Part shown: one piece after another, positions 62,779 to 64,000 of the stretch
How positions within the stretch are numbered: the stretch's first letter is position 1
Layout: each line of letters opens with the position of its first letter
Assembly: GCF_001677475.2 (NCBI RefSeq)
Contig: NZ_CP015229.1
DNA: 64,000 nucleotides
Source of the DNA: Escherichia coli
GTDB lineage: Bacteria > Pseudomonadota > Gammaproteobacteria > Enterobacterales > Enterobacteriaceae
Reading direction: 5' to 3' (one strand)
Made by a program: the position numbers and the translations under genes
The notes under the pieces: generated by a model
What the model was told of the DNA's origin: nothing
The model's input: only the letters and a program-made list of their open reading frames with translations
The model's database searches: none

Positions 62779-64000
62779 ATGGCAGTAAAGATTTCAGGTG
62801 TCCTGAAGGACGGAGCGGGTGAGCCTGTCGTAAACTGTGCGATTGAATTGCGTGCCAGAAGAACCAGTCCGACAGTTGTGGTTAATATTGTGGCAACCTG
62901 TCTTACGGGAAGTGATGGCGGGTATACTATTAATGCTGAGCCGGGATTTTATGATGTATTTTTGTCCCGCTCAGGGCATCCTCCTGTAAAGGCGGGGGAA
63001 ATTTATGTTGCACCGACAGATGAGCCGGATACGCTGAATGCTTTTCTGGATGCACCAAAGGAGGGTGATTTACGCCCTGAGGTAATGAAGCGTTTTGAGG
63101 AAATGATAAATACCGTTTTTCGCTTGTCTGAGCAGGTGGTCAGTGACAGGGAGAGAGCAGAAACAGCTGCTGATGATGCAATCAATGCAGCAACATCTGC
63201 GGCGGTTAGTAAGGATGAGGCAGAAGAGCTAAAAAATCAGACACAGCAGAGCGCCGAAGCTGCAGCCGGAAACGCACAGCAGACGGCACAGGATGTGACG
63301 ACAACCGCAACGGCCCGTGATGATGCGGAACGTTTTGCGGGTGAGGCAGAAAACAGCGCACAGTCATCAGGCACAGCGCGGGACGAATCAGTCGATGCCG
63401 CCGAACGCGCCCGCCTTTATCATAATGCCGCATCATCAGCAGCGACCAGTTCAGAACTGTCGGCAAATGCGGCGCTGGGGCACAAAAACAGTGCCGCCGA
63501 ATACGCCCGACAGGCTAAAGCCAGCCAGGATGCAGGTGCAGACAATGCGCAGGAAGCGAAACAGTACAGGGATGAGGCGCAGCAGATAGTTGATGACCTG
63601 AATGCAACAAATGCCTCCACGACAGAAAAAGGTCTGGTGCAACTCTGTAGTGATACGGACAACGACAGCGAGGAACTGGCTGCCACGCCAAAGGCTGTCA
63701 AAACCGTCATGGACGAGACGAAAACAAAAGCGCCACTGGACAGCCCGGCCTTCACCGGCACCCCAACCACCCCAACCCCACCGGATGATGCCGCCGGTCT
63801 GGAAGCAGCGAACGCAGCGTTTGTGCGCAAACTGCTTGCTGCGCTGGTTGGCTCATCACCGGAAGTTCTGGACACCCTGAACGAGCTGGCAGCGGCGCTG
63901 GGTAATGACCCGAACTTTGCGGCCTCAATGATGAATGCGCTGGCAGGCAAACAACCGCTTAATGACGTCTTAACGGCAATCAGCGCACTGACGCAACGGG
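62779..64000 (+). CDS. stf: Side tail fiber protein Stf (5' partial; continues beyond window)
   Basis: N-terminus MAVKISGVLKDGAGEPVVNCAIELRARR... and later KGLVQLCSDTDNDSEELAATPKAVKTVMDETKTKAPLDSPAFTGTPT resemble recalled lambda Stf. Confidence 0.75.
   Translation, partial: MAVKISGVLKDGAGEPVVNCAIELRARRTSPTVVVNIVATCLTGSDGGYTINAEPGFYDVFLSRSGHPPVKAGEIYVAPTDEPDTLNAFLDAPKEGDLRPEVMKRFEEMINTVFRLSEQVVSDRERAETAADDAINAATSAAVSKDEAEELKNQTQQSAEAAAGNAQQTAQDVTTTATARDDAERFAGEAENSAQSSGTARDESVDAAERARLYHNAASSAATSSELSANAALGHKNSAAEYARQAKASQDAGADNAQEAKQYRDEAQQIVDDLNATNASTTEKGLVQLCSDTDNDSEELAATPKAVKTVMDETKTKAPLDSPAFTGTPTTPTPPDDAAGLEAANAAFVRKLLAALVGSSPEVLDTLNELAAALGNDPNFAASMMNALAGKQPLNDVLTAISALTQR

Larger units (their letters stand above)
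17800..64000. mobile_element. Lambdoid prophage (partial; right end beyond window) integrated in the 3' end of potB
   Basis: Contiguous int/xis, immunity, replication, nin, rusA, Q, lysis, terminase, head and lambda-like tail genes from 17.9 kb to the window end. Left boundary approximate. Confidence 0.85.

Noticed and set aside
17800-64000. Whether the element is the K-12 e14 or Qin prophage
   Set aside because: Integration here is at potB rather than icd or the Qin site, and the gene content (lambda-like Z-J tail genes, pinholin/SAR endolysin) differs, although dicF/dicB are Qin-like; treated as a distinct mosaic lambdoid prophage.

Overview
The first ~17.8 kb is an Escherichia coli-type chromosomal backbone (ndh, ycfJ, comR, bhsA, ldtC, mfd, ycfT, lolCDE, nagK, cobB, ycfZ, ymfA, potD, potC). 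From ~17.8 kb to the end of the window is a lambdoid prophage of more than 46 kb, integrated at the 3' end of potB. The prophage reads int-xis, a large exonuclease, a DicF/DicB module, a RacR/YdaS/YdaT-like immunity region, an O-like replication gene with iterons, a nin-like region with a Dam-like methyltransferase and a hok/mok toxin locus, rusA, Q, a cargo region (AraC-family regulator, three tRNA-like genes, a TerB-like gene, a truncated nanS-like gene), a pinholin/SAR-endolysin/Rz/Rz1 lysis cassette, lambda-like terminase/portal/head genes, and a lambda-like tail module (Z, U, V, G/G-T, H, M, L, K, I, J, stf). The tape-measure gene H is split by an IS21-family element (istA/istB). No rRNA, CRISPR array or stx genes were seen. 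I could not pin down a single clearly novel system; the best candidates are uncharacterised accessory genes at moron positions (between holin and endolysin, between Q and S, in the early-left operon, between I and J, and between J and stf). All calls rest on reading the sequence and translations from memory of known families; no database search was run.
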